Source of the DNA: Candidatus Eiseniibacteriota bacterium
Lineage (GTDB): Bacteria > Eisenbacteria > RBG-16-71-46 > CAIMUX01
DNA: 64,000 nt
Direction: 5' to 3'
Assembly: GCA_041390305.1 (NCBI GenBank)
Contig: JAWKQE010000010.1
Span: 939 to 64,938 of the forward strand
Below are positions 46,434-55,442 of the stretch, piece by piece. Numbering within the stretch: position 1 is the first letter of the stretch; every line of letters starts with the position of its first letter. The notes beneath the pieces were generated by a model. That model did no database searches and had not been told where the DNA came from. It saw only the letters and a program-made list of their open reading frames with translations. The position numbers were made by a program, and so were the translations under genes.

Positions 46434-47057
46434 TTACTGAATGACGTACTCCGTGAAGTACATGTCGTCGACCACGTCACCGCCGAGGATCCGGTTCATC
46501 TCGTCGATGATCGTCTCCTTCATCTCGTCCTTCGCGACCGGATCGGTCAGCTCGGAGAGTGTGCGTGAAGTGAGTTCGCGGATGATCCGGTCGCGGAGCT
46601 TGGGCGTCTTCGACTCGACGAGACCGGACTCGTCCGGGTCTTCGAGCTCGACCTGCACCTGCACCTTGAGATAGCGACGTCCGCCCGTACCGGCCGGGTT
46701 CACGACGAGATCGCCGAGGTCGACGATGCCTTCGTGGCCACCACCGCCCTCTTCGCCTCCACCGCCGTGGCCGCCTCCGCCCTTCTCTTCCTTCTTCTCT
46801 TTCTTCTCTTCCTTCTTCTCGCCGTGCTCGGAGGCGGCTTCGCCGTGTTCACCGGCGCCTTCCTCACCCGCGACGACTTCCGCGGTCTCTCCGCCACCGA
46901 GCTTCGGTGCTACCACCTCGACCACGACGAAGACAGCAGCGGCCGCCACGACGACGAGGATCCCCGCCAGGATCGCGATCTTGACCACCATTGGCGGTAG
47001 TGGACCCTTTTTGGCCGCTTCCGGAGCGCCCTCAGCCGCCTTCTTCTCGTCCGACAT
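46434..47057 (-). CDS. fliL: flagellar basal-body-associated protein FliL (with Lys/Glu/Gly-rich insertion)
   Basis: AGGAGGAGAAGG directly before ATG 47055-47057. One TM helix. Conserved C-terminal FliL domain RYLKVQVQVELEDPD...RDRIIRELTSRT..EL. Confidence 0.8.
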   Translation of the reverse strand: MSDEKKAAEGAPEAAKKGPLPPMVVKIAILAGILVVVAAAAVFVVVEVVAPKLGGGETAEVVAGEEGAGEHGEAASEHGEKKEEKKEKKEEKGGGGHGGGGEEGGGGHEGIVDLGDLVVNPAGTGGRRYLKVQVQVELEDPDESGLVESKTPKLRDRIIRELTSRTLSELTDPVAKDEMKETIIDEMNRILGGDVVDDMYFTEYVIQ

Positions 47058-47117
47058 CCTTCTCCTCCTAACCGCGGGCGGAGAGATCAGAGCCTCTCCG
47101 CCCGATCTCAACTCTCA

Positions 47118-48818
47118 CTACCGCTTGATGTTGAGGAGCTCGGAGAGCACCTCGTCACTCGTCGTGATCACCCGCGCCGAGGCCTGGAAACCTCGCTGCG
47201 CCAAGATCATGTTTGTGAATTCCCGTGCCAGATCGACGTTCGACTGCTCGAGCGACCCGCTGAACACCGAAGCCTCGACGCCACCGGCGACGGACGAGAT
47301 GAGCGCGTCCCCGGAGTTCACCGACGCTTCGAAGAGGTTGTCGCCCGCTCGGGCCAGTCCACCTTCGTTCACGAACTCCGCGAGCGCGACGCGACCGATC
47401 GGACGGGTCACTCCGTTCGAGAAGAGCGTGATGAGCGTTCCGTCCCGGTCGATCCGGAAGTCGACGAGCGAACCCTGGGTGAACCCGTCCTGCGTGGCTT
47501 CGAGGCTCGAGGAGGCTTCGAGGAGCGTGATGCCGTCGAATCCTCCGATCGTTCCGGCGTTCAGCTCGATCTCGAGCGGAGAAGCCGCACCCGTCGTCGG
47601 ACCGAGCGTCAGCTTGTTCGGGAGGATGCCGTCCTGAACGTCGAACGCGAACCCGGAGAGGGAACCGTCCGTGTTGAACGTGACCCGGCCGCTGCCGCCG
47701 ATGAGAACGTCCGTCGCGCCCCCGTCCACTTCCGCATTCCAGGTGAACTGGTTCGTCGCCAGAACGCGCGTGAACTCGAGACGGACCACGTGGGCGAACC
47801 CGAGCGAGTCGTAGACCGTCGTCTCTTCGACGAAGACTCCGGCGTCCCGCGCGGAATCGGTCTCGGTGAGACCGGCGATCGAGTTGAAGTCGTCCCGGGT
47901 CAGGCCCTCGGCGTCCAGCCCCTGGATGATGAGGCCGTTGACCGCGCCGTCCGTGCCGAGGACGTCGGGCGAGATCACTTCGAGCCTTCCGTTCGCGTTC
48001 ACGGAGACGGTGATCCCGTCGATTCCGTCGACCGAGTTGAGCGTCGTCTCGATCTGGGTGGCGAGCTGATCCAGGGTCGCGCCACCCGTGACGGCGAAGG
48101 TGCCGTCGATCGCGGTGTTGCCGACCGTGGCGGAGAACCGGATCTCGTCCGTGTCCTGGAGGAGCGACACGACGCCGGTCGAGTCCGCGCGGAGGTCGGT
48201 CAGCGCGGTCGTCCCGAGCGCGAGCGAACCGTCGGCCGCGTAGAAGATGCCCGACTGGGCTTCGGAGCCGCGCGGTTCGGAATCCGCCTCGAGGTTTCCG
48301 CGGTAGTTGACCACCGTGGTCGCGCGGGCCGGCTCGGCTTCACCGATCGGAACGGTGAGCGTCGTCGGCTGCGCGCCGTAGGTGCCGCTGGCCCGGTCGA
48401 ACGCGAACCCCTGGAGGGTGTATCCGTTCGACGGGTTGACGAGCTGTCCCGCACCGTCGATCTGGAACGATCCGGCGCGCGTGAAGAAGTTGCGCGACCC
48501 GTTGGAGAGCACGAAGAACGCGTTCCCCTGGATCGCGAGGTCGGTCGCGACTCCGGTGGACTCGAGACCGCCCTGCGTGAAGACGGAGTCGAGCGACGCG
48601 ACGCGCGATCCGTTCCCGATCTGCATCGGGTTCGAACCGCCGGCCGATCCCTGCGGACCGGTCGCGCCACGCAGCGTCTGCGCGACCTGCTCCTCGAACG
48701 TGATCCTCGTCGACTTGAAGCCGACGGTGTTCACGTTCGCGACGTTGTTACCGATGACGTCCATCCGGAGCGTGTTGGTCCCGAGACCGGTGACTCCGGA
48801 AAAGAGTGATCTCAACAT
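47118..48818 (-). CDS. flgE: flagellar hook protein FlgE
   Basis: N-terminal MLRSLFSGVTGLGTNTLRMDVIGNNVANVNTVGFK and C-terminal FTNMILAQRGFQASARVITTSDEVLSELLNIKR. Confidence 0.9.
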   Translation of the reverse strand: MLRSLFSGVTGLGTNTLRMDVIGNNVANVNTVGFKSTRITFEEQVAQTLRGATGPQGSAGGSNPMQIGNGSRVASLDSVFTQGGLESTGVATDLAIQGNAFFVLSNGSRNFFTRAGSFQIDGAGQLVNPSNGYTLQGFAFDRASGTYGAQPTTLTVPIGEAEPARATTVVNYRGNLEADSEPRGSEAQSGIFYAADGSLALGTTALTDLRADSTGVVSLLQDTDEIRFSATVGNTAIDGTFAVTGGATLDQLATQIETTLNSVDGIDGITVSVNANGRLEVISPDVLGTDGAVNGLIIQGLDAEGLTRDDFNSIAGLTETDSARDAGVFVEETTVYDSLGFAHVVRLEFTRVLATNQFTWNAEVDGGATDVLIGGSGRVTFNTDGSLSGFAFDVQDGILPNKLTLGPTTGAASPLEIELNAGTIGGFDGITLLEASSSLEATQDGFTQGSLVDFRIDRDGTLITLFSNGVTRPIGRVALAEFVNEGGLARAGDNLFEASVNSGDALISSVAGGVEASVFSGSLEQSNVDLAREFTNMILAQRGFQASARVITTSDEVLSELLNIKR

Positions 48819-48923
48819 GGCTTCCCTTCCTCTCTGCGCCGTCCCGGGGCCGCTTCGTACGTTCGGCGGGCCCTCGACTCCCTTCGAGAGGACCGGTCGT
48901 CCAGCCTGCGGACTCTTCCGCGG

Positions 48924-49322
48924 CTAGATCACGACGGCGCTATCGATGTTCGTAAAAACGTGCCCTCTCGCCTGCTCCCCGTAGAGAGCCGTGACCACCG
49001 TCCTTCCTGGGACGTCGACCACGTAGGAAAGAGGGCCGGAGACGACGAGCGATTCCTTCGCACCTCTCGCCTCCGCCATCCGCACGGCCTGGTTCAATCG
49101 ATCCAGTTCGTGCGGGGTGATCTGGATTCCCCTCGACCGGATCCGTTCTTCCGCGTGGCGGGAGAACCGAACCGGTGGCGAGCCCTGGAGCGCTTCATCG
49201 AAGACGCGGGAGAACTCGCCCGTCGCGCGTGTCGACGTGGCACCCTGTGGAGATCCACGCCCCACCTGCTCCACGCCGTGCGCGAACGCCTGACTGAACG
49301 TCGGTCCGCGAATCTCTGTCAT
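48924..49322 (-). CDS. flagellar operon protein of the TIGR02530 type (between flgD and flgE)
   Basis: 132 aa with VRFSRHAEERIRSRGIQITPHELDRLNQAVRMAEARGAKESLVV...VVDVPGRTVVTA. The position and pattern match the small conserved protein found at this locus in Firmicutes/spirochaete-type operons. Confidence 0.65.
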   Translation of the reverse strand: MTEIRGPTFSQAFAHGVEQVGRGSPQGATSTRATGEFSRVFDEALQGSPPVRFSRHAEERIRSRGIQITPHELDRLNQAVRMAEARGAKESLVVSGPLSYVVDVPGRTVVTALYGEQARGHVFTNIDSAVVI

Positions 49323-49335
49323 CTCCTGGCTCCTT

Positions 49336-50001
49336 TCACTCCTCGGGGATGTAGACGTCGAGAACGTCGGAGAGAGGAACCTCTCGTCCGTTCACCAAGA
49401 GAAGGGCTTGGCCAGAGCGAAACGTCACCCCTTCGACCAAGCCCGTCACCGTTCGGGTCACGGGAACTTCCTGTCCCGTCGTGTCCGTCGCGGTGACTTC
49501 AAACGAATAGGTACCGGCGGGAACGCGCGAGCCACCGGCGTCGCGACCGTCCCACTCGATCACGTTGGAACCAGAGTCGACGTCGTTCTGCACGAGCGTC
49601 TTGATGGTGGCGCCGGACTCGTCGACCACCCGGATCTCGACCGCCTGGGCCGGCTGGGCCAGGAAGTACCCGAGTTCGACGTTCCCCTCCGCCCCGACCT
49701 CGACGTGTTCTCCGGCCGCACGGACGTGCTTGCCGATGAGCGAGGTCGCGCCGCTGTTCGCCTGCGACTGGGAGAAATCCATGACGGACTGGAAGCTCTC
49801 GTTGAGCTGCTGCATCTGTTCGAGTGAGCTGAACTGCGCGAGCTGGGCGAGGAACGCCTCGTTGTCCATCGGGGAGAGAGGATCCTGATACCGCATCTGC
49901 GTGATGAGGAGCTGGAGGAAGGTGTCCTTCCCCAGCGTGTCATCGGTCTGACGCAGCGTCGTGGTATTGAGCCCCGCACCTGCGAGCGACGTGATCTCCA
50001 T
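49336..50001 (-). CDS. flgD: flagellar hook capping/assembly protein FlgD
   Basis: From MEITSLAG..: LGKDTFLQLLITQMRYQDPLSPMDNEAFLAQLAQFSSLEQ plus an Ig-like C-terminal domain (IEWDGRDAGGSRVPAGTYSFEV). Confidence 0.85.
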   Translation of the reverse strand: MEITSLAGAGLNTTTLRQTDDTLGKDTFLQLLITQMRYQDPLSPMDNEAFLAQLAQFSSLEQMQQLNESFQSVMDFSQSQANSGATSLIGKHVRAAGEHVEVGAEGNVELGYFLAQPAQAVEIRVVDESGATIKTLVQNDVDSGSNVIEWDGRDAGGSRVPAGTYSFEVTATDTTGQEVPVTRTVTGLVEGVTFRSGQALLLVNGREVPLSDVLDVYIPEE

Positions 50002-50045
50002 CTGGCCTTCCCTGCCTTTCCTTCCGGATCCTCGTTCGGTTCCCG

Positions 50046-52973
50046 CTACGCGCGCCGGTCGAGACGGGACGCGCTCTGCCGCGGCATCGTCGTGTCCGGC
50101 CCTGTGCGTGGCTCGTCGTAGTTCGGAGTCGTCCGTGCGCTTCGTTCCTGGCCGCCGTTCCATGCGCGACCCGTGTCCTGTTGCGGCTGCCCGGCGCTTC
50201 CTCCCCTGCCGTCACCCCTTCCGTCGGGTGTGAAGAGGCCGGAGTGCTGACGTGCACCGTTGTCCGTTCCGGATCCACGGGTCTCGACGTGCATCGAGTC
50301 GAGACGGAGCCCGATCGACTCGAGCCCGCGTTCGAGATCCATCCGGTAGCGTTCGAGACGGGACGCCACTTCGGGGCGTTCCGCCGCGATCCTCGTGGTG
50401 ACGACATCACCATCGAGGGAGAGTTCGATCCTGATCGACCCGAGCTCCGGTGGCTGGAGCTGGAGCACGGCCTCTCGCCCGCCACTCGCCAGCGTCATCC
50501 GTACCGTGCGCGGGAGCGCGGTCGGCAGGTCTCCGAACTCGACGTCGAACCGCTGCATCGCGTTCCGCGTCTCGGGTCCGGCCACCGTCGTGAAGGACGC
50601 GGTCCGTTCCGCGGAGCCGGCGAGCGCCGCGGCCAGGTTCGTGCTGTTCGTGCCCGAAGACGTCGCCGTGGGCGCCGCGGCCGAGTCGACAACGTTCGTG
50701 GTCGGCTGACTCACAGACTCGTCTCCACGGGGCGCGGGGACGTCCCGAGCCGCTGCCGCGGCCGCCGGGGCGCCGGAGTTCGCGCGCGTGTTCTGCGTGG
50801 TCGCGGCGTCACGGGAAGGACCCGCGCCCGTATCGGCGTCGCGGTCCGACTGGCCGCCGGTCTCACCGTCCGTGTCGTCGCCCGCCGCTTCACCCGAAAC
50901 TGTCGACGCAACGGGCGAGGCATCTGCGTCCGTCGTGCGTGCCGAGCCATCTGCGCCGGTCGTCCGGGTGGAACTCTCCGCACGGCGCATCTCGGCCGGT
51001 TCGCCGACGCCGTTCGCGCGGGCGTCGATCGGGGTCTCGGCTGGGAGCCCCTTCGCAGACTCCGTCGCGTGAGGCTGCGGCGCGGCGGTCTCCCGAGGCT
51101 CTGCGTTCGTCTGCGTGGAAGACGGCTGCGCGACGCGCGTGGCCGGCTCCGGCGTCGTCTCGATCGCGGCTTCGCCCGGCTCCGTCGCGCCACTCGTTGG
51201 CGCAGCGGTGGCCGGAGCCGTCGTGGCCGGAGCCACAGATGCGGATTCACTGGACGCGCCACCGACGCCACTACCGGACGTCGCGGCGGTCGTCTGTGCC
51301 CGGGAGGCGACTGGAGATGGGACCGCCCGATCCACCGTCGACGCGGATGCAGTCATCGGCTCACGCTGGGCCGCGTCGGTCGAGATCGTCGCACTCGCCG
51401 GGCCCGGCTCCTCGAGAGCGGCAGCGGCGCTTCCCGTCGTCGATACCTGAGTCGGCGCCTCGGGCGACATCGCGCGAGTCGTCGGGGCCCCGGCCTGGAC
51501 CTCAGCTTCCGCCTGCGTCATCGCCGGCGAAGCGGTTTCGGGTGCCTGTGAGTGGGTGGGAGACGCCGGCGACAACGCTGTCGTACTGACGGACGCTGTC
51601 GTACTGACGGACGGTGTCGTACTGACGGACGGTGTCGCAGTGACGGGCGGAGTCGTACCCGCGGACCGAGTCTCGACGGATGGATCCGCCGCGAACCGCA
51701 CGGCTGTCCCGTCGCTCCCGTTCGCAACCCGGACCTCGGGTGCATCCTTCGCCCGCACCACCTCGAGATGGTCGAGCAGCGGACTCCCGTCCGGAGCCGC
51801 ACCTCGTCCTTGGGTCGTTCCACCGGTTGCGAGAGGCGCATCCGGCGCGACGTTCGTCTGGAGAGCCGCCGGCGGACGGACGGACGCGTTGGATCGGTCT
51901 GCCTGCGTGGCGGTCGCTGTCCCCGTCGGGCCGGTCGTGCCGAGCGGCAGGGGCGAACCACCGGCCGCGTTCTCCCGCGGCCCCGTGGACGCAATCACGG
52001 CTCCCAGTCGGGGCGGACGCACACTCACCGGTGCCGCGCTCTCGGCGTCGGACCGAGCCGAGCCTTCGGCGGCCGCCGGAGGGAGGCCGACGTTCCGGAC
52101 TTCGGAAGTGCGACCTGTGTTCGCGGCGGTCTGCCCGTCGGAAACTTCCGGAATCGGAGTCGAAGAGACGGTCGTGACCTGCTGCGGGACCGGCACGCCC
52201 TGCGGCGTCGACTCGGAAGCGACCGTCGGGCCCGTGGGCGTCGCCTGGACCGCGAACGGAGCGCTCGACACCTTCGCGTCGCCGCTCACCGGGCCGCCTG
52301 CGTCCGTCCCGACAGGGATCACCTCTCCATCAGTCACGTTCGATACGGTCGGCGTTGGGACCAGAGCCTCCGGGCCCAGGCCTTCTACAGGAATGGCGGA
52401 CGGGAGGGAGAGCCCGAGTCCCGAGGCAATGGGACCGGCAACCTCCGTGGCTCCTACCGCGGCCGCCGACGAAGCGGCACCGGGCGCCTCTTGCGCCGGA
52501 ACGTCGCCGGCCTTGGGGCCGGCCGGGCTCGCACTCCCGCCGGAAGTTTCCGACGGGACGGCGTCGGCCCGAGGTCTGCTGCCATCGGAAGCGCCGGCAA
52601 CGGATCGCCCGGCATCCCGCGGACTGGAGAAGTCTCGCGCATCCGAGGGTCCACCATGGGGCTCTACCTTCGCGTCCGGGACATCCCTTCTTTGCGAGGC
52701 GTCCCGCGACTCGCTCACGCTGCGCTCCTCGCGGGCGGAACTCTCGTCCCTCCCCCGATACTCGTCGATTCTGCGGGACGGCGCGGCAACGCCGGCCGCC
52801 TGGAGAGCGTCTTCCTCGATGTCATCCGTGCGCGACTTCCGAACCGGCTCCCGGGTCATCTCGTTCATCCAATCGGAGAACGAGCCATCCTCGGCAGGTG
52901 CCGGCCGAAACGCGAGACCACTCTTCGCGTCCGGAATCCGCACCTGGGAGAGAAGCATCATCGAGGGCTTCAT
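50046..52973 (-). CDS. fliK: flagellar hook-length control protein FliK, unusually long (975 aa)
   Basis: The C-terminal Flg_hook-type domain is VLQLQPPELGSIRIELSLDGDVVTTRIAAERPEVASRLE. The preceding roughly 800 aa are Ala/Thr/Pro/Ser/Gly-rich. It sits between the MotE/YlxF-like gene and flgD. Confidence 0.8.
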   Translation of the reverse strand: MKPSMMLLSQVRIPDAKSGLAFRPAPAEDGSFSDWMNEMTREPVRKSRTDDIEEDALQAAGVAAPSRRIDEYRGRDESSAREERSVSESRDASQRRDVPDAKVEPHGGPSDARDFSSPRDAGRSVAGASDGSRPRADAVPSETSGGSASPAGPKAGDVPAQEAPGAASSAAAVGATEVAGPIASGLGLSLPSAIPVEGLGPEALVPTPTVSNVTDGEVIPVGTDAGGPVSGDAKVSSAPFAVQATPTGPTVASESTPQGVPVPQQVTTVSSTPIPEVSDGQTAANTGRTSEVRNVGLPPAAAEGSARSDAESAAPVSVRPPRLGAVIASTGPRENAAGGSPLPLGTTGPTGTATATQADRSNASVRPPAALQTNVAPDAPLATGGTTQGRGAAPDGSPLLDHLEVVRAKDAPEVRVANGSDGTAVRFAADPSVETRSAGTTPPVTATPSVSTTPSVSTTASVSTTALSPASPTHSQAPETASPAMTQAEAEVQAGAPTTRAMSPEAPTQVSTTGSAAAALEEPGPASATISTDAAQREPMTASASTVDRAVPSPVASRAQTTAATSGSGVGGASSESASVAPATTAPATAAPTSGATEPGEAAIETTPEPATRVAQPSSTQTNAEPRETAAPQPHATESAKGLPAETPIDARANGVGEPAEMRRAESSTRTTGADGSARTTDADASPVASTVSGEAAGDDTDGETGGQSDRDADTGAGPSRDAATTQNTRANSGAPAAAAAARDVPAPRGDESVSQPTTNVVDSAAAPTATSSGTNSTNLAAALAGSAERTASFTTVAGPETRNAMQRFDVEFGDLPTALPRTVRMTLASGGREAVLQLQPPELGSIRIELSLDGDVVTTRIAAERPEVASRLERYRMDLERGLESIGLRLDSMHVETRGSGTDNGARQHSGLFTPDGRGDGRGGSAGQPQQDTGRAWNGGQERSARTTPNYDEPRTGPDTTMPRQSASRLDRRA
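51577..51648. repeat. 18-bp tandem repeat x4 inside fliK (encodes TPSVST-type hexapeptide repeats)
   Basis: gctgtcgtactgacggac (51577-94), identical copy (51595-612), ggtgtcgtactgacggac (51613-30), ggtgtcgcagtgacgggc (51631-48). Confidence 0.85.
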
Positions 52974-53617
52974 CAGTTCGCTCCTGCTTGTTCGGACATG
53001 TCGACGCCCGCGAGTTCCGCGCGTCCGATGCCTTCCATGGAGAGCCTGGCCAATCGACGCGGGTCGAGCCGTCCCATGATCTTGCTCGCCGCACGTGCAT
53101 TCATGTTCTTGAGGATCGCCACCAGCGTCGCATCGTCGAGCGCGTAGAGGATCCGCGCCGCTTCATCCGGCTTCATCGCGGCGTAGAGCTTCGCCTGACG
53201 ACGGACCTCGTCGTTCTGGATCGTCGCGAGCGCGGCCATGACGCTGTCGATCTCCGCCCGCTGGTAGTCGAGCTGACGCTCCCGCGTCTCGATGAACGCC
53301 TTCTCGGTCTCGATCTGCGTGACGAGCGCCTGGAGAGAGTCGGACGGTGCGCGTCCGGGAGCGGGTGGCGGCGGCTCGGGGACCTCGTCCTTGCCGATGA
53401 GCGGGAGTCCGTTGATGGCGGTCTCGATCCGTTGCTGGATCATCGGGATGATCCGCTCCTCCGCGAGCCCGGTTACCCACAACGTCACGACCAGCGCGAC
53501 GAGGAAGAACCCCACCGCAGTCACGAGAATCGCGAGAAACGCCGCAACGCCCGCTTCGCTCTCGCGACCGCGGGCCGAACCCGGCCTCTTCTCCATGTCG
53601 TGCGCCTCTCGCGTCAC
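52973..53617 (-). CDS. MgtE-N-domain / MotE(YlxF)-like flagellar protein
   Basis: One TM helix (AAFLAILVTAVGFFLVALVVTLWV), a coiled coil, and LYAAMKPDEAARILYALDDATLVAILKNMNARAASKIMGRLDP. It has the same position as ylxF in the Bacillus fla/che operon. Confidence 0.65.
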   Translation of the reverse strand: MTREAHDMEKRPGSARGRESEAGVAAFLAILVTAVGFFLVALVVTLWVTGLAEERIIPMIQQRIETAINGLPLIGKDEVPEPPPPAPGRAPSDSLQALVTQIETEKAFIETRERQLDYQRAEIDSVMAALATIQNDEVRRQAKLYAAMKPDEAARILYALDDATLVAILKNMNARAASKIMGRLDPRRLARLSMEGIGRAELAGVDMSEQAGAN

Positions 53618-53626
53618 CTCATCCTC

Positions 53627-54070
53627 TCATGCGGCCCTTCGAACGACGTTCCGGTAGTCCGACTGGCCTGCGATCTCGTCGAGTTCCTTCTGTTCTTCCC
53701 TCAGCATCTCGCGAACGTAGTCGAGCCTCTGACGCTCCCGAATCCGGTCCACGACCTGACGGCGTCGTTCGGCCTCCTCCAGCCGACCGCGCTGTTCCGC
53801 GGTCGATTCCTTCGCGCGGACGACCTCAGCGTCCAAGCGCCCGATCTCCCCGCGCAGCCATTGCCTCCGCATTTCCCAGATCGAGAGTGCGCAGGCGTCC
53901 CCCTCCGGCCGCTCCAGATCCGAGCGGACCAGGATTCCCTCGACCCGGTCGCGCTCCGAGCGCACCGTCCGTTCCATCTGCAGCCGTTCGGCGAGACGGA
54001 TCTCCTCCTGCCGGACCGCCTGACGCCTCACGCGCTCCAGTCCCTCGAGAGCGAACCGAAACTTCTTCAT
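53627..54070 (-). CDS. fliJ: flagellar export chaperone FliJ
   Basis: 147-aa coiled-coil protein MKKFRFALEGLERVRRQAV... directly after fliI. ATG at 54068-54070 with AAGAGGGG upstream. Confidence 0.75.
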   Translation of the reverse strand: MKKFRFALEGLERVRRQAVRQEEIRLAERLQMERTVRSERDRVEGILVRSDLERPEGDACALSIWEMRRQWLRGEIGRLDAEVVRAKESTAEQRGRLEEAERRRQVVDRIRERQRLDYVREMLREEQKELDEIAGQSDYRNVVRRAA

Positions 54071-55442
54071 CCGTTGCCCCTCTTACGGCGTTGTCCGCAC
54101 GGCCGACAGGCTCGGCCGTCGTTCCGACTACGAGCTCTCCGAGTCCCGAGAGCATCTCGATGCGATCCGTTCCCTCGCCCTGGTTCTGGCGGAGGAACGA
54201 GAGGATCTGAGGCATCCGGTCGATCGCTTCGTCGACGGCCGGATCCGCTCCGCGGGCGTAGGCGCCCAACTGGATCAAGTCCTCGGAGTCCGCGTAGGCG
54301 GCGAGCCAGCGACGCACCTGACGCTGCGCGTTCAGGTGGTCGGGCGAAGACACCTCCGTCGCGAGTCGGCTGATCGACGAAAGGACGTCGATGGCCGGGA
54401 AGTGTCCCTTGTTCGCGAGCTTCCGAGAGAGCACGACGTGTCCGTCGAGAATCGACCTGGCCGCATCCGCGATCGGGTCGTTCATATCGTCGCCTTCCAC
54501 CAGCACGGTGTAGAGACCGGTGACCGAACCTTCCTCGCCCGAACCCGCACGTTCGAGCAGCTGCGGCATGACCGAGAACACCGACGGCGTGTAGCCACGC
54601 GTCGTCGGCGGCTCCCCGCGCGTGAGACCGATCTCGCGCTGCGCCATCGCCACGCGCGTGAGCGAGTCCATGAGGAGGAGGACCTGCTTGCCCTGATCAC
54701 GGAACGCTTCCGCAATCCGGGTCGCGGTGAACGCGGCCTTGACGCGAAGTAGCGGCGGCTGATCGGCGGTCGCCACCACGACGACGGCGCGAGAGAGCCC
54801 CTCTTCTCCGAGATCGCGCCGAAGGAACTCCCCGACCTCGCGACCTCGCTCGCCGATGAGAGCGACGACCGCGACGTCTGCCTCCGTGAACCGTGCGATG
54901 TCGCCGAGGAGGACGGACTTGCCGACACCGCTCCCCGCGAACACTCCCATCCGCTGTCCCTTGCCGAGCGTGAGGAACGCATCGATCGCGCGAATGCCGG
55001 TCCCGAGCGGCTCGCGGATCGGCTTTCTCTGGAGCGGATGCGGCGCGTTCATGTCGAGCGCGGCCATCCGTGTCTTCACGAGCGGACCGCGATCGTCGAT
55101 CGGGTTTCCGAGCGCGTCGACGACGCGGCCGAGAAGCCCCGCCCCCACGGGCACCTGGATCTCCGCTCCACTCCCCCAGACGGGAGCACCGGCGTGGAAG
55201 CCGTGCGTACGTCCGAAGGTCATGAGAAGCAGGCGCGGTCCCTGGAACCCGACCACCTCGGCCAGCTCCATGTCGTCACCCGGACGCCCGATCCGGCACA
55301 GTTCTCCCACCGAGGCCACCGGCCCGATCGACTCGATGAGAGGGCCCGCGACTCGGACGACACGCCCGACCGCTTCGGGCGCACGGACCTCCTCGGCCCG
55401 TGTCCGGCATCGATCCAGGACGCGTGCGACCTCCAGGTTCAC
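53826..55442 (-). CDS. fliI: flagellum-specific ATPase FliI. The ORF as sequenced runs 245 nt into fliJ, and the true 3' end is probably near 54067.
   Basis: The GTG at 55440-55442 overlaps the fliH TGA (GTGA). Walker A is GSGVGKS and Walker B is VLLLMDSLTRVA. The tail AIDRMPQILSFLRQ.. is normally close to the C-terminus, but no stop follows in this frame until 53826. Confidence 0.85.
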   Translation of the reverse strand: MNLEVARVLDRCRTRAEEVRAPEAVGRVVRVAGPLIESIGPVASVGELCRIGRPGDDMELAEVVGFQGPRLLLMTFGRTHGFHAGAPVWGSGAEIQVPVGAGLLGRVVDALGNPIDDRGPLVKTRMAALDMNAPHPLQRKPIREPLGTGIRAIDAFLTLGKGQRMGVFAGSGVGKSVLLGDIARFTEADVAVVALIGERGREVGEFLRRDLGEEGLSRAVVVVATADQPPLLRVKAAFTATRIAEAFRDQGKQVLLLMDSLTRVAMAQREIGLTRGEPPTTRGYTPSVFSVMPQLLERAGSGEEGSVTGLYTVLVEGDDMNDPIADAARSILDGHVVLSRKLANKGHFPAIDVLSSISRLATEVSSPDHLNAQRQVRRWLAAYADSEDLIQLGAYARGADPAVDEAIDRMPQILSFLRQNQGEGTDRIEMLSGLGELVVGTTAEPVGRADNAVRGATDEEVSVRSRGTGAREASGGPAGGDPSRRTAADGTDGALGARPGRGNPGPLGSGAAGGGRLRTLDLGNAEAMAARGDRALGR

